Below are positions 51,411-64,000 of a stretch of DNA of 64,000 bases, piece after piece. Positions within the stretch are counted from its first letter, which is position 1; the number at the start of each line of letters is the position of its first letter. Under the pieces are notes generated by a model. That model was given only the letters and a program-made list of their open reading frames with translations. It had not been told where the DNA came from and ran no database searches. The DNA is from Catajapyx aquilonaris (taxonomy: Eukaryota), in contig JYFJ02001568.1 of the NCBI GenBank assembly GCA_000934665.2, forward strand, positions 1 through 64,000, given 5' to 3'. The position numbers and the translations under genes were made by a program.

Positions 51411-54400
51411 TTAGCATGCCGGTAATGGGCTGCAGTGGGAAAAATCATTATTAATTTATGTTCCCATAGGAACTTAATACTATCATGTTTCTAAGTGGAA
51501 CTTACCTCTGGAAATTAGCTGTAGGTATCGCTACCTTGTGACGTACCATGAAACTTGCAACTACCTCTGCCACCCTCTCTGGTACATCCTCATGAACAGC
51601 ATGACCACATTGAGGTAACACCTGCATCTGGAATTTTCCTGTAAAATTGTCTGCACTCAATTCATCATTGCATAAATTACTCACATCAGTGCCTTTCAAT
51701 GCACGCAGTTCAAGTTAGAAACCATGACCATTAACAGCCTCCAACTGACCTTGCATCTGGCCAACAGTGAGCTCCTTATCCAAGCGGTCGACTCCAGCCA
51801 GCAGTAGCATTTTGGGAATAGGGCAATTGAGGAAGGTGGAGGACAAGCCCTGGAACCAACCGGTCCAGTACTTCTCCGTGCGGGACAGGTCGATTCGCCA
51901 TCCGTAGTTGGCCGCAGTGGCAGTAGGTGGTGCCTTAAATCCACCAGAGCCGTTGCCACCGTTGGCAGCAGCGTCCTCATCCTCCTCAGGAATAGCATCG
52001 CTGGCATGGACAATAGGAGGAGGTGCTGCAGCAGTGGGGGAAATAGTGGCATCTGTCGCATTCGCCCCAATGATTCCGCCATCTGGAGACACTTCACATG
52101 TTGCTGTCATGTCAGTCTCAAGGCTGTTTGTGGGAAATAAGATGATAATTATTAGGCTCTGAAATCAATGACAACATTCACTTTAGGGCACTTCTTTTAA
52201 ATTATCAAGGCTCAAGATTCAGCATCAACAATTATCACACTATATTTACTGTGTGTCAATCCAGACCAGCAAATTCATGAAATATGCATCTGAATCAAGA
52301 ATGATGTTATTACCAAGTCCTGCCAATGTGATAATGTTCTGTCCAACTGTCTTACTCAACTCTGCATCCAACATTCCCCAACTTACTTTTTAATCTGTCC
52401 TGGCATTGATACCCTAGCAGACTCCAGGTTGCGGACTTGACCACTGCGGACGCTGAAATGAGTAATTAAATGAATAAAGCAGCAATGAAGTGCAAATTAT
52501 GAGACACTAATAATAATAATATTATGCTCAAACCATTTTGTCTGAGTTGCGACCGGTTGAGCAGTAATTTTTATTTCAACTACCTGGCATCAAACAACAA
52601 TATCTGAAACTCCTTCACAAAAGCATGAATGGTAAGAGGTTCAGAAGCTCTCGCTAGACTCTAGAGGTAAAATGTTACGGTTTGATTTGGATAAGGACTC
52701 ATGTACTTTGGGAGTTCAATAACTGCAGTGAGGAGAACCAAACGTTGTCATTTTTCAACATATCGTAGTTTCTTTGACACTGACTGTGAGTGCACAGTTA
52801 TGTTCTCTCTCCCCATTTGAAATTGATGCACCCAGATCTTGATTGTGGTGTACAACGTAGCACCATCATCCAATGTCACTCGCATATCCTCAAGAATCTT
52901 TTTCCATGACATCCCCTTTGTGAGGAGGCATTTGTTGGCACCACTTTCACCATGGCAGCACTCACTTAACACCTTGTCTCACTCTTTGTCTTGCAGGACG
53001 AAAATGGAAAATGCAATCCCTGTCATATTTTGAAGTATCACTTACAAAGGATAGGAGTCCCAGTAAGGTGAAGCCAGGCAAAGCACATGAGCCCTTATCC
53101 CAGTGGTTTTAATTTATAAAAATAACCGCGGCCTCTCATGGCCCCCCTGGACCTGCTCCATGGCCCCCCTGGACCTGCTCCATGGCCCCCCTGGACCTGC
53201 TCCATGGCCCCCTTGGGGGGTTGCAACCCCAGGCTGGGAACCACTGCTTATCCAAATCAACCCTTCATATTACAGTATGCCTGTAGTTTTAAAACCTACG
53301 ATGAACGCATCATCATACAGACATAGCATAAATTACCTAATTAAGTTAATAAATTAATTTATATAGCAACTGCCTTTTCTAAATATCTCATCCAAGTTAT
53401 GAATAAATGCTACATAAATCAAAGGGTGAATATGTAATGGAATAAAATATTGCACATCAATTTTCACATTCAGTAAGGCAATTTTGCTTGGGTCATGGAC
53501 ACTGAACCTATTATTATTAGTCACTACAGCTGGTAGGCACAGTATTCCCAATCCAGACACACACAATTGACCATCTGAGTGTGTCAGCAAGAAGGAAATT
53601 TTCTGGACCAAACAAAAGAACACAAACCTGTAGTACCAAAATAATTCCTCCATTATCATATGTAATCAGACAGTCAGTGTATGTTGCTGGGATGGCAGTG
53701 TTGTGTCGACTAACCAATAGTGGCCCCAGTAAAATTCCTTAGCGCTGTGTAAATGCCTCCAATAAGTATGATCTCACCCATTCTTGCTCTTGCCTGAGCA
53801 AATGCAAGTGGGTATCCAAGTGGCAAGTGGCAAGCAAGTGGGCAACCAACAGTGAAAGGTAGACACTGGGTAGACATTCATTACATTCAGATCTTTCAAC
53901 TTCTGTAAAAGAGATTGGTCCCAGACTGTTGGTATATTCAATTGCTACAATGCCACATCAGGGTGCCAGCATTTGTAAAGAGTGACCAATGATGCTAGGC
54001 ACGGTTCTTTTGCATAAGCATGGTACTGTGATTATGGAATAAGTATAATACATCTTACTTATTGAAGCACTGTCACATGCATGAATGTAGAAGGGTACAA
54101 GAGAGCTAGTTAGACTGACCACCACTCAATTGCATGGGGAATGGAATGGAACTGCTTGGGCCTGCTCCTGAGGAAACTCTGCATACTCGCCAGGGCGTCC
54201 ATGGCAGTCCCCTCCACCACATCAATTACCGTCAGGCCAATGAGCGAGGGCATCAGGCCTTCACAAGCCACATGCACTGCTATGGCCCCACCCATGCTGT
54301 GCCCCACCAGGATTGTTGGGGGAGGTGACTCACCATACACCTCCGCCACCACTGATCCCACATCTCTGAAGATTTAAAAAGTGAACTCAGTTAGTACCTG

Positions 54401-56499
54401 CTCCTGTGGCTGCAGAGTGACAAAAGTACTGTAATTAAGACCCTTTAGGCATAATGAAGTCGCCTCCAGATATGAAACGTCAAGGACCACGGAAATTAGT
54501 ATCCTATAACGGAGGTTTACTGAATCCAAATGCACAGGCCATAATTATGTGAAGTATGCCGAGACCAGCCTTTTGAGTTAGATATGACCAAGGGTTACTT
54601 ATACTCAAGGCTCTTACAAGTTAGGTACACCTTAGATTGCAATGCAGTCTACTTGGTGATAATGTATTATTGAAACACTTTTTAATGCCCAAAAAATCTT
54701 GACATGCTGGACACAACCAGCTTCCCGAACTAACAACTGTGCTTGTACCATGATTAATTATTTTCACATGAGAGTGAGATTGCACCTCACCAACTTGTAC
54801 TGATACAACACCTCTAGAATTCAACTCTGCCACTTGCTATGCACCAACTGACTTGCCACAACAATTCTACTCTGAATGCATCAGGTTTCAAAATTTTTGT
54901 ATTCAATAGCTTGCCATTCACCTTGAGAGAACTTCCTCTGACATATCTTCCTCATCAACGCATCGAGTGTCGCCATGCCCCCTCAGGTCCATTGCCAAAA
55001 CCTGGCATTCCACCAGGCCAGTCACATGCTCCTGAAATTGAGGGTGAATTAGAAATACAATAAATTTAGCAATGGTGTTCACCAGTAACAACACAATTAT
55101 TAAAGCAGAAAAAAACAGGCAAAGGTCAGCAATAGGTCACATGTACTGTAGCCTACTACTCACAAAACACACTAAAGTAAATAAACAGTGCAACTGACTG
55201 TGAAGAGGGACCAGGTGAGTGCGTTGAATCCGCCTCCATGGAGCAAAACCAATGCTGGTCCTGCAGTTCCTTTCTGGTAGATTTTGAACGAATCGGGTCC
55301 TATAGTCACGTCACAACTCCGGTCATAGTACTTGCTCCAGTGAAGAGGTGTGTACTCGCGCCGTCTGCCAAAGCTTCCCCGCCGGCTCCCACTGTAAATT
55401 ACAGCACAATCATAAGGTCACCAAATTACGACAAGATCATAATTATTAACAGCAGACCTTCCATTACAAGTCACCTCAAATTTAATTTAGGTGAAGTATC
55501 GCACACATTTTTCATAAGCAATTACAATGATACACAATCTTCATAAGAAAAAAGATGACAGACCGCAACAATAGCATGCTTATAACTTCCATATGATCTT
55601 GTGACAGCATTGTATCCCCCTGTTACGTCCACATCAGTGTATCACCCTACCTACATGCACCGTGACACCCCCTACTTCCCATTGCTAAGAAACGCTGTGC
55701 TTTCATTGTTATCAATTCACATTGTTCCAGCTCCAACCCTGGAAAAGGGTAGCCAATACAGTTACATTATCAGCCCCAAAGTTTCACAATTGGACACTAA
55801 CTCCTCTGCGGCAGCTGCTGAGTTTAGCAAATCTCTCGTCGTCATTCAAGAATTTGTAACAATGAAAAATGTCGATCTGGACCACGATCTTATCGCTTTG
55901 TGCCACCTTCGAGACAGTTCAGGAAATTGTCCAATTGCCAGTTACTGCGATGCTAAGTTAGCAGTACCATTGCCAACATTGATACTTCTAAGTAAGCAGT
56001 ACCATTGCCGACACTGACACTGCTAAGTTAGCAGTAACTAGCAGTGGGACTAAAATTTCACCCAGTGGTTCTAACCTCAAAAGACAGTTTCCAAATGCAT
56101 TCAACTGGATCGAGAGTCAGTTGCATGCAGCTGTCATTGTCATACTACGGCAGAAGCGGCTACCACACGTAAAGGCAACGAGCGCTTACCACTACTGATA
56201 CGCATCAATTACAAGTACAGTCCTCCATCCTTACCACCAGCAACTGCCTTAGAGCACTCAAAAAAGGCCTTCCACTCATGTGTGACTTCCACTCAAGAGT
56301 GTCTCATTCCCTCAACATAAACCGCCCATTTGATCAGTGTGCCCCCTCAATGAAACCAAGCCTCGACCGTCTCCTCGACTCCCTGAGTATCCCAGGACCG
56401 TGCCGGTGCCCCATGAGGCCCTCACCCTGCAGGCGGCAGTCCCAAGGGTCCGACGGGAGGCAGCTTGGACTTGAGAAGATTCTTTTCCAAGGCGGACAT
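51411..56499 (-). CDS. PPME1: Protein phosphatase methylesterase 1 (PP2A demethylase, alpha/beta hydrolase)
   Basis: Exons: 56499-56426, 55391-55199, 55031-54922, 54365-54120, 52452-52387, 52123-51750, 51638-51506, 51429-51411. Motifs: MSALEKNLLKSKLPP, YTPLHWSKYY, LLHGGG, MDLRGHG, nucleophile elbow GHSMGG, IDVVEGTAMDAL, RNLESARVSMPGQ, LLLAGVDRLDKELTVGQMQGKFQMQVLPQCGHAVHED, C-terminal PAC*. Confidence 0.96.
52676..53269 (-). mobile_element. Internally deleted mariner-like element (degenerate TIRs, transposase N-terminal HTH relic) in a PPME1 intron
   Basis: The minus ORF 52972-52748 contains LLTKGMSWKKILEDMRVTLDDGATLYTTIKIWVHQFQMGRENI, a mariner/SETMAR-type N-terminal HTH pattern. Sequence 52676-52710 (TACGGTTTGATTTGGATAAGGACTCATGTACTTTG) is an inverted copy of CAAAGCACATGAGCCCTTATCC[insert]AAATCAACCCTTCATA at 53079-53269. 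Confidence 0.75.
53101..53246. mobile_element. hAT-type MITE (146 bp) with internal 22-bp tandem repeat, inserted in the mariner TIR
   Basis: Ends are CAGTGGTT...AACCACTG, flanked by the direct repeat CTTATCC (53094-53100 and 53247-53253). The internal unit CATGGCCCCCCTGGACCTGCTC occurs about 3.5 times (53137-53212). Confidence 0.8.
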
Positions 56500-57337
56500 C
56501 TTTGAACCGCGTTCGGACCCACGCTCATCAGAACCGACCTTTTTTTGATCACAACAGCGATACGAACGCACCAAAACAACAGTAACCAGGTAACAATACG
56601 AAATATTTTTTTAAACAAATCATCCGAAAATACAAGTAGAGTACGGCAGAGTGTACCGGATTTCCACAGATGCACAGGACAGCCAAGTAGTAACCGCGAT
56701 AAGGTGACAATGGTGGGGAGGACAAAGAATTAAGTGTGTCTTACCAGACCACGGTGATGGCATTGGACATGACTTTTGGCCACTTGGTTTGGGCAGAGCT
56801 TCCCGACAAACTACTGACATGCTACGATATATTGATTAACTTACGCCCATTAACCCTGCAGGGGATATGGCCTAAGGGCAATTGATGGACGCATGGCATA
56901 TGTATATTGGGAGGGGAAGGCTTAATTGCTACTGTAATTACTAACCGATTATTTTTGGAGTGAAGGTCAGTGGGCTGGGATGTCTAGTGTCATCCTGCAC
57001 TTCAGATGCTGTCCGCAAAGCTATAAAGTGACAACTAAAGGGGGTAATAACACTCTAATGCTAATTAATCTGATTTCAAACCTTCATAAATATTTATCCG
57101 CAAAGAAACAAGAGGCCAAAAATATTAATTAAAGTTTCGGGGATTTGTGACTATCTCTTCCCGAAGAAATATTGTTATGCAAAATCATTCATGTCATATT
57201 TTCAGTTTGAACTTTTCGTTCTTTTCAGCTTCAGTTTTCAATAATTGTACTTGGTACAGTACATTGCAACGTTTGAAGTCAGAGTGATTGAATAATTCGC
57301 AGAAACACCATTGCGATTTAATTTTTCAGGCTTCATC

Positions 57338-58849
57338 ATGAGTAGCACACGTGACTCTATCACTTCCACGGAGTCCACAAATTTGGGTCTATTGAACTGG
57401 CTGTTATCAGCATTGCATATCAGTATGTCACCACATTTTTGGCATCTTACAATAAGTAGATGTGTCATTATTGCATTGCTTCTTGCAGAAAGGTCCAAGC
57501 CGAAAGTGAGAAGAAATCTTCATGATTTTCTCGGTACTGGGTTATTGGGCGATGGTGGACTTGACATACCTGACAAGCTCTTTGAAAAGATTGTTGGACC
57601 AGGCGCCGCAACTGATCCGAGGAGGTCTGAGAGCGACTACAATAAATCCGAAGGAACCACACAAAGTTCCGTAGATATTTCCAGTCTTTCGGACATGAGC
57701 AGAAAGACAACCTTTTATATGCCAGTAGTCAAAAAGGTTATTGGTAACATTAGCATTGAAATCAACGTTAAAGCAGTTAATGACTCTTGGTTTTTACTCA
57801 CAGAATTTCACTATGGATTGGACAGGAAGGTACCGAAGTCCTGGGCCAGATTGCACGTCCTTTCAGCGGTACACTGAGATTATTCGTGCTAAAGACGAAA
57901 TAGAGGAGGAAGAGATGCACAAGTACGGCCTGACATTGGGATATGAATTATTATGCATTGATTTCCTGTAGAATTTATAGGAGTTCCATCACATTATTTA
58001 GTTCCTGCAAATGCCATTGACTCGCTGATTTTTTGTTTGTTTTTTAGACTGAAAGCTCGCTCTTTGATCCCGGCACCAGCTGAAGGATATTTTCAGGATT
58101 GGCTACCACAGCAACACGATGGAGAACCTGTAAGTCATTGTCTCCTTTTGCACTTCAGTTCGTATCCCGGCTTGGGAAATGGTCAAGTCAACAATCATCT
58201 GGCTATACTTACTATAGTAGTCCATTGCAACAATGCAACAAAGGAAGTAACCTATATTTCAGCTGAAGCGTCGTATGAGGCGATTCTCCGCGATCTATCG
58301 CGCAGCTGCAAAGAGGAAATCACGCCAGCACAAGACAAAAGGTGATAGCAAGGACCACGAAGAAGTGGAGGAGTACAGCGACTCTGACATCCCGCGACGC
58401 ACGTCGATCTTAGACGACGAACCCATCGAGAAGCTAATTGAAGATGTCACGCACCCAGCAATCTTTCGAGGAATTGGGATGTCCCAGGTGAGATTGAACA
58501 CGAAACTTAACCTAACCTAGACCGGGTCTTGAAAATAACCCCTGACATGACCTTTGACACAACCAGCTTCTTTTATTGACAGAATCACCACACTGACAAA
58601 CTGATCCACCTGAAGAAGGTAGCAGAAGACAAAGAACACTTTGCGTTCTTACGCGACTTCGACGTGGCCCTGTCTGAAGACGTGCCGATTCCAGCCATGA
58701 CACAGGTTTGCAAGGAATGCATACCAGTACTGGAGTCTGTTGTGTCGTACTACAAGAGAAACTTTGGCTCAGATCATCGTGTAACTCTCGAGGCGATGAC
58801 CCGCCTTGAGGTTATCCAGGAGGAACTGGATGATTTGAAATCGTGTTAA
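57338..58849 (+). CDS. Uncharacterised 329-aa protein with CatSper-zeta (TEX40)-like C-terminal helical motif
   Basis: Exons 57338-57386, 57489-57736, 57804-57922, 58048-58129, 58263-58487 and 58583-58849 have GT-AG junctions and consistent phases, totalling 990 nt. The first intron is 102 nt, stop-free and has a weak donor, so it may be retained. The protein ends SEDVPIPAMTQVCKECIPVLESVVSYYKRNFGSDHRVTLEAMTRLEVIQEELDDLKSC*. The gene model is well supported; the product label is tentative. Confidence 0.75.
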
Positions 58850-61477
58850 CATGCTGACTGTGATTTGAATTATATCATTAGACCATCACTGTTTGAACAC
58901 TGTCAAAATGACATTTTTTTGTAGTACATCCCAGATCATATCCTTGTGCCACAAGTGACTTACTTGTGTGCTATGTTACGGATAGCCCAAGGAGGAAATG
59001 GGTTTCCATTGACCAAGCACAAGTTCCGCTTATCGAGCGAGTTCAAGCTCCGGATGTGATATTTGGCCCCACAGTTACATTTCCTGCCAAATAAGCAGCA
59101 AGAGATGTGCAGTGTGTGTACAGATCGGCAAGTTGAATGAACATTTCAACGATAAATATTCATAAACTGTATAGCTAACTGTAGCTATAGGGTCGACGTT
59201 AAAAAAAACCATTCGATTCAATTTTCTCTGGAATCAACCTTGCTATCACACTGTTGTCTCCAGATAAGATCATCTCAACAATCTATCATTTCGCAGAAGT
59301 TATATCCCATGAATCAGATGAAGAAATGAACGCAATATAATGCATATCCATCTGTCGGTTTTATTCGCATAGTTAGACAACCGTAAGAACATCACATGAA
59401 TTGGACGTGTATTTTTTGCTCCTTTTTATGAAAGAAGTAGACTGCTGGGAGGGTGCAAGGTATCTTTTAGTTACGCCCCAGAGAGCGTGACTTATGTTGG
59501 GGGCTGTTGGGTGCCGGCGTCATTTCATGTTGGTTGATGCGGCGCCAACTTCTGCAGACTATTGCAAAAGGAACCTGAAACTACCAGACCATGTTTGATG
59601 GCCTCCTACCACGAAAAGGTACACGAGGCCTGAATGGTGGCCGATGTGAAAAATGGCGGCCAACTTCTGACAGATATAAGCTCTTCCTGTTTGCATAACC
59701 AGTTATCATTTTTGCGGTTTTCCTACCGCGGTTGACACAAGCTGGTTTTTTTTTTACAGAATGCTACCGTGGCCATTAGTCTGGTCCTGCTTAGTTACCT
59801 GCTAATGTACTGTTGACACACGAGTAGTTGCTGCCAGTAAAACTGCGCAGTGTACAACACACTTCATGTTGTTTTCAGTCAGTTTTAATTATTCACACTG
59901 AGAGTTTCATAGCTTTTTCTTTTTAGTAAAACTTCATGGTTGAACCGAACTAATGTTGCGGCGAAAAATGGCGAAAATAATATTACTGATCACAAATTGT
60001 GAATGTGCAGTACATTTGTGTGTATTTTCTCTGGACAATCAGTTGCGCACCATATATGAGTGGTCAAGAGGTCACTTGAGGTGAAGAGCATTAACACTGC
60101 TATGTGTAGCAAGGGATGCACGCTCTGGTGGCCTGAAGGCTTCCAGATAACGAGGAAGGTGTTAATGGGGGAACCCTATAGAACCGTCTATGGAACACTG
60201 GTCATGCTTCATCCTGGTAATTCAGGAAGAGATTTTTGGGGCCACCAACATAAAGCTATTTTAAAACCGCTTTTAAGAGAAAGTGTGTATGTACCACACA
60301 CACAGATAGGGCCACTCAGAGAAAGCCATGCCCCGAACCCTATTGGCACTCTAATCACGAACCAACATGACCATGTATGGTGGCGGCTTCACCACATACT
60401 AACATTACCTACCGAGATGGAATCGCAGGGTTTGTGGCCCCGTTTTCTACCCCTTTTCCCACCCTAGTTTGGCTCTATCAGAGGCGTAGGCGAAATATTC
60501 GCGCATCTGCGAAGGTGACATGCAGCAACCTCGTGTGACGTCATTTCAGAGGAATTCACGCACTGACCTTGGTGTACTTGCATCAACGACCGCACAATCG
60601 CACATTGGCACTGGTGCGTCTTAATAGTCATACAGGGTGGCAAATAACTGAATTCAAGCACCGGTTTGGCCCAGGGTGTGGACTATTAACGGGTAATTTT
60701 TTTTGGCGTGAAAACCTTCGTGCGAAACGTGTCTAATTTTTGCGAACACGACCTCATTTGACAGCAGGAAATTTGGCCAATGTACCACCCTGTCTGAAAT
60801 TTTTTTTTCTTCGGTCAATCTCATAACGATAATGGCCTGCCGTTTATGACCAACCATAACTTGACACCTGTTCTAAAAAGCGGCGATACGAGTCGATTGC
60901 GGTCGTTACGCAAAAGGTACTGGTAACTGTAGGTGTAAATAAATGACGTACCGGCGAATTATGATCAGCCCGCAGGCAATTGCCAATCATGCAAACTAAC
61001 GGCTTCGTTATTTTCGCGACAGCTACTTGGCATCCTTGACCCAAATGGCCGTGTTTGGGAGTCCCAGGTTTCGGGGACTTCAGGCTTTCACCGTTCATTT
61101 TATCCCGTCTTTTAGGAGCCTTCAGGACACCAGCCCTAACCCTACACCACATCTGGTTCCCAATTTAGCGAATCATGCCGGAAGGTATCAGATGGCAACT
61201 AAGGCAACATCTGTCTAACAGCACTTCCCCAGAAATTATTTGTGTACTTACAGGATGGTGACGATTGTAAAAAAAATGTCCCATACAAATCCTCTTCAAA
61301 AGGTACTATATTGACCACCTGCGGAGTTCCTCAGATTGTCTTTCTCAACCTCCAGTGGAGTGTTCCACATTCAGGGATGGACATGACTTTCTAGGAACAT
61401 TTATTATGACGACGTACGGCGCCTTCCCTATTGTCATAGCCAGACCCAAATGTGGCAAAAATTACATATTTTTGTTC

Positions 61478-61505
61478 NNNNNNNNCCCCCCCCCCCCCCC
61501 CCCCC
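61478..61505. other. Assembly ambiguity (N run adjoining poly-C); a similar poly-G with one N lies at about 26389-26414
   Basis: N characters are visible in the sequence. Confidence 0.95.
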
Positions 61506-64000
61506 ATCATGATAATCCGGCCATTGTTTTCACATTGTACTGTACTTGGACTCTGGCCAAAAAGGCAAAGCAGCGAGACCCAAGATAGCAGTATAAGGGA
61601 GATGACCGATTTGACATTGGTGCGTGTCATAGCCTCCATCATCTAAGTTTTCCCCCCATCAAAAATGTATATTCACTTACATCTCATCCCATTATCTGTA
61701 TGTTGTTGATCAACCTCAGGTAGCGAAAACATACTTTCACTTGCTGCCTGCTCCGAGGGAAATGTCGGTTCGGATTAGACTAACAAGATATCAAAGAGCT
61801 AAAATATGAGCAGGATTTAATTAAGGGAGAAGGTGGGTCGCACGTGACGTGATGTGTGAATCGACTAATCCGAACGGTACATAACTGGCACATGTCACGA
61901 GAGCGTCGTACCTTTTCACTTCGTATATGGACTAACAATTTGGCTATATGGAATAGTGCGCACCCACACTCGCGCAGCTCTATTGATAATGCCGATGCAC
62001 GTTTTTAAACAATCATTTCTAGCAAGATTAACACCTGGCTAGAGTGCTGATAATCCGCGTCAAAGGTGACTTTATACAGGAACAATTTTCTCTTTCTGTG
62101 CAACCTCAATGGGAACTACGACCGGTGTGCCCAATAAGGTCGCACGTTTTTATAGTCGGCGACTTTAGCAATGCGATTTTGTCACGTGTGAGTGTCCACC
62201 CCCTGCGGTGTGTACTTATTGACGCCGTTGCAACACAGCCCAATGACCTGTAAATGAGCATATCTACGCATGTAAAATTGCTAAATGTACGGTTAGATAA
62301 ACCTGAGTTGGCAGGTCGATAGTAGTACGTGCAATACCAGTTGTTATTGATATCGATTGTTTTCACATCAGATCCAATTGTGACTGCCAGTTGGACGCTG
62401 AGTTGTGCAGTCGGAGCCAATTCAAACGAGTCAAAGGCATGTTGGGAGATAGATAGAACCGGATCGCAGTGTTGCCATGTTTGATTCAGGAATTTTATTA
62501 TGAAGAGAGAGAAAAAAACTATGCACAATTTGGACGTCACATCGTTGACGCTCAGCCGGAATTTCGCATTGTTTTCTAGATGCCATTGTGTCAAACTTTC
62601 ACGCGCAGATTTTTTTTTGCATCCATATCGCGCAAAATATTGGCTTTCTCCCATTTCAGTACACGCGGAAAAAAAACTGGTCAGATCAAGTGACAAAATC
62701 TCACTTCCTGGTGCATGACAGCACAAAATGTAATACTGTCGCTGTTTACATTACACCGCGTGTGTGGTTGAATTAATTGGACATGTTCCAACACTTCTGA
62801 CTCATTATTTATAAATTGGACTCTCCATATTACAGTAGCTTCATCAACTATTTAAAAAAAAATTAATTTACAGGAAGTATTTTTTTTGACACAACGATAC
62901 AGTTTGTCCCATACATTTTTCAAAAAAAGTGCAGACCCTTGTGACTTTTTTGTGCAATTTTTTTGGGAGAGCCAGACACTTTTTTGTGACAAATTCCCAA
63001 GAGGGGCGTAATGAGACAGACGTGGGGTGGGGTAGGGTGGGATCGGATGTTTTTGTGAGTCAGAGGAAAAGCACCGTACATGATAGAAGGGGACTGGAGT
63101 TGGCGGGGGTGATACTGATTGCAAGAGGCAGACATCGATCCCCAGCGTTTCCAAATGGGCGCATGCATCCTCATTTGCTGTCCATATTGCTAAATGATGA
63201 ACTCTAAGCGGCTTTCAAAGGTTAAGGGTCTACTGACAGGTATAAAAATAATTAATCGCGTTTCAAGATAAGGCCACCTTATTGCCTATCAGTCATTAAT
63301 ATTGTTATCATTACTTGATAATGTGGATAAATACACTACCTATGGATTCGATGACACCAAATAGATCCATAGGGTTCAAGATTTATTATGCAGTGTAATT
63401 GGCGTGACTAACAATAGCGTGATAATTAATTAAGCAATGAGGCAGTGTTCAGTAGTGAGAGCCAAATATTTGGACTCATCATGCCAACATTGCTGCTCAC
63501 ATTCTGAATATGATGCCAGGATGTCCTTCTTTCCATGTTATTAATTTGCATCAAGATGTCACAGTTACTTGAACTCCAATTGGTCTGTTCCGTGTTATAT
63601 TCCTTGTGATTTTCTAATTGAAAAAAAAACAACCGATATGCTGAATTTTGTAACATCACTGTGCATAATTATTAGAGCTCATGTACTGCAGTACTACTAC
63701 GACATCAGGCAATGTATCACAGTACCGTAACACTACCGGGCTGCTAATTAGCATCTGATAACGTGCCACGATGCGAATTGGATAATACGTTATGAATATT
63801 TACCATCGCGCGTTTATTAACCGCAACACTCTGTAACCAACCCCAGGCAAACCCCCATATCAAAATATTCAAAACGTAAATAGTGCACACCATTTAAGCT
63901 GTACACTACACCTGCTCAGTTTGAGTGCAGGTCAGTGCTCATTATTACAATTTTCCCGATCCAAAATGTCACAAAATTGAAAATTGGACCAATCAGCTCC

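Noticed and set aside
53137..53212. Regular 22-bp repeats superficially like a CRISPR array
   Set aside because: Head-to-tail with no spacers, inside a eukaryotic MITE, and no cas genes.
62106..62726. 206-aa minus-strand ORF
   Set aside because: No recognisable domain, it crosses A/T homopolymer tracts, and the composition looks non-coding.

Overview
Gene-dense eukaryotic genomic DNA with GT-AG spliceosomal introns. It is most likely from an arthropod, judged by a Pasiflora-1-like septate junction gene and a Branchless-like FGF. Seven protein-coding genes can be reconstructed by hand: pasi1-like (-, 3' end unresolved, probably off the left edge); ARHGEF17/TEM4-like RhoGEF (+, with a 3.36 kb first coding exon and a probable internal alternative first exon); an uncharacterised 17-exon cadherin-like beta-sandwich/zinc-finger/TPR protein (+); a 3-exon Branchless-like FGF (-); MICU3 (+); PPME1 (-); and an uncharacterised 329-aa protein (+) whose C-terminus resembles the conserved C-terminal motif of mammalian CatSper-zeta/TEX40. 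Mobile DNA includes an intact Tc1/mariner-type MITE between MICU3 and PPME1 and an internally deleted mariner with a hAT-type MITE inserted in one of its TIRs. There are also several trinucleotide microsatellites and a possible decayed virus/Polinton-like ORF in an ARHGEF17 intron. The two most interesting leads are the head-to-head FGF-MICU3 pair, which mirrors vertebrate FGF20-MICU3 and FGF9-MICU2, and the CatSper-zeta-like gene. All homology calls come from motif recognition and memory of the families, not database searches.
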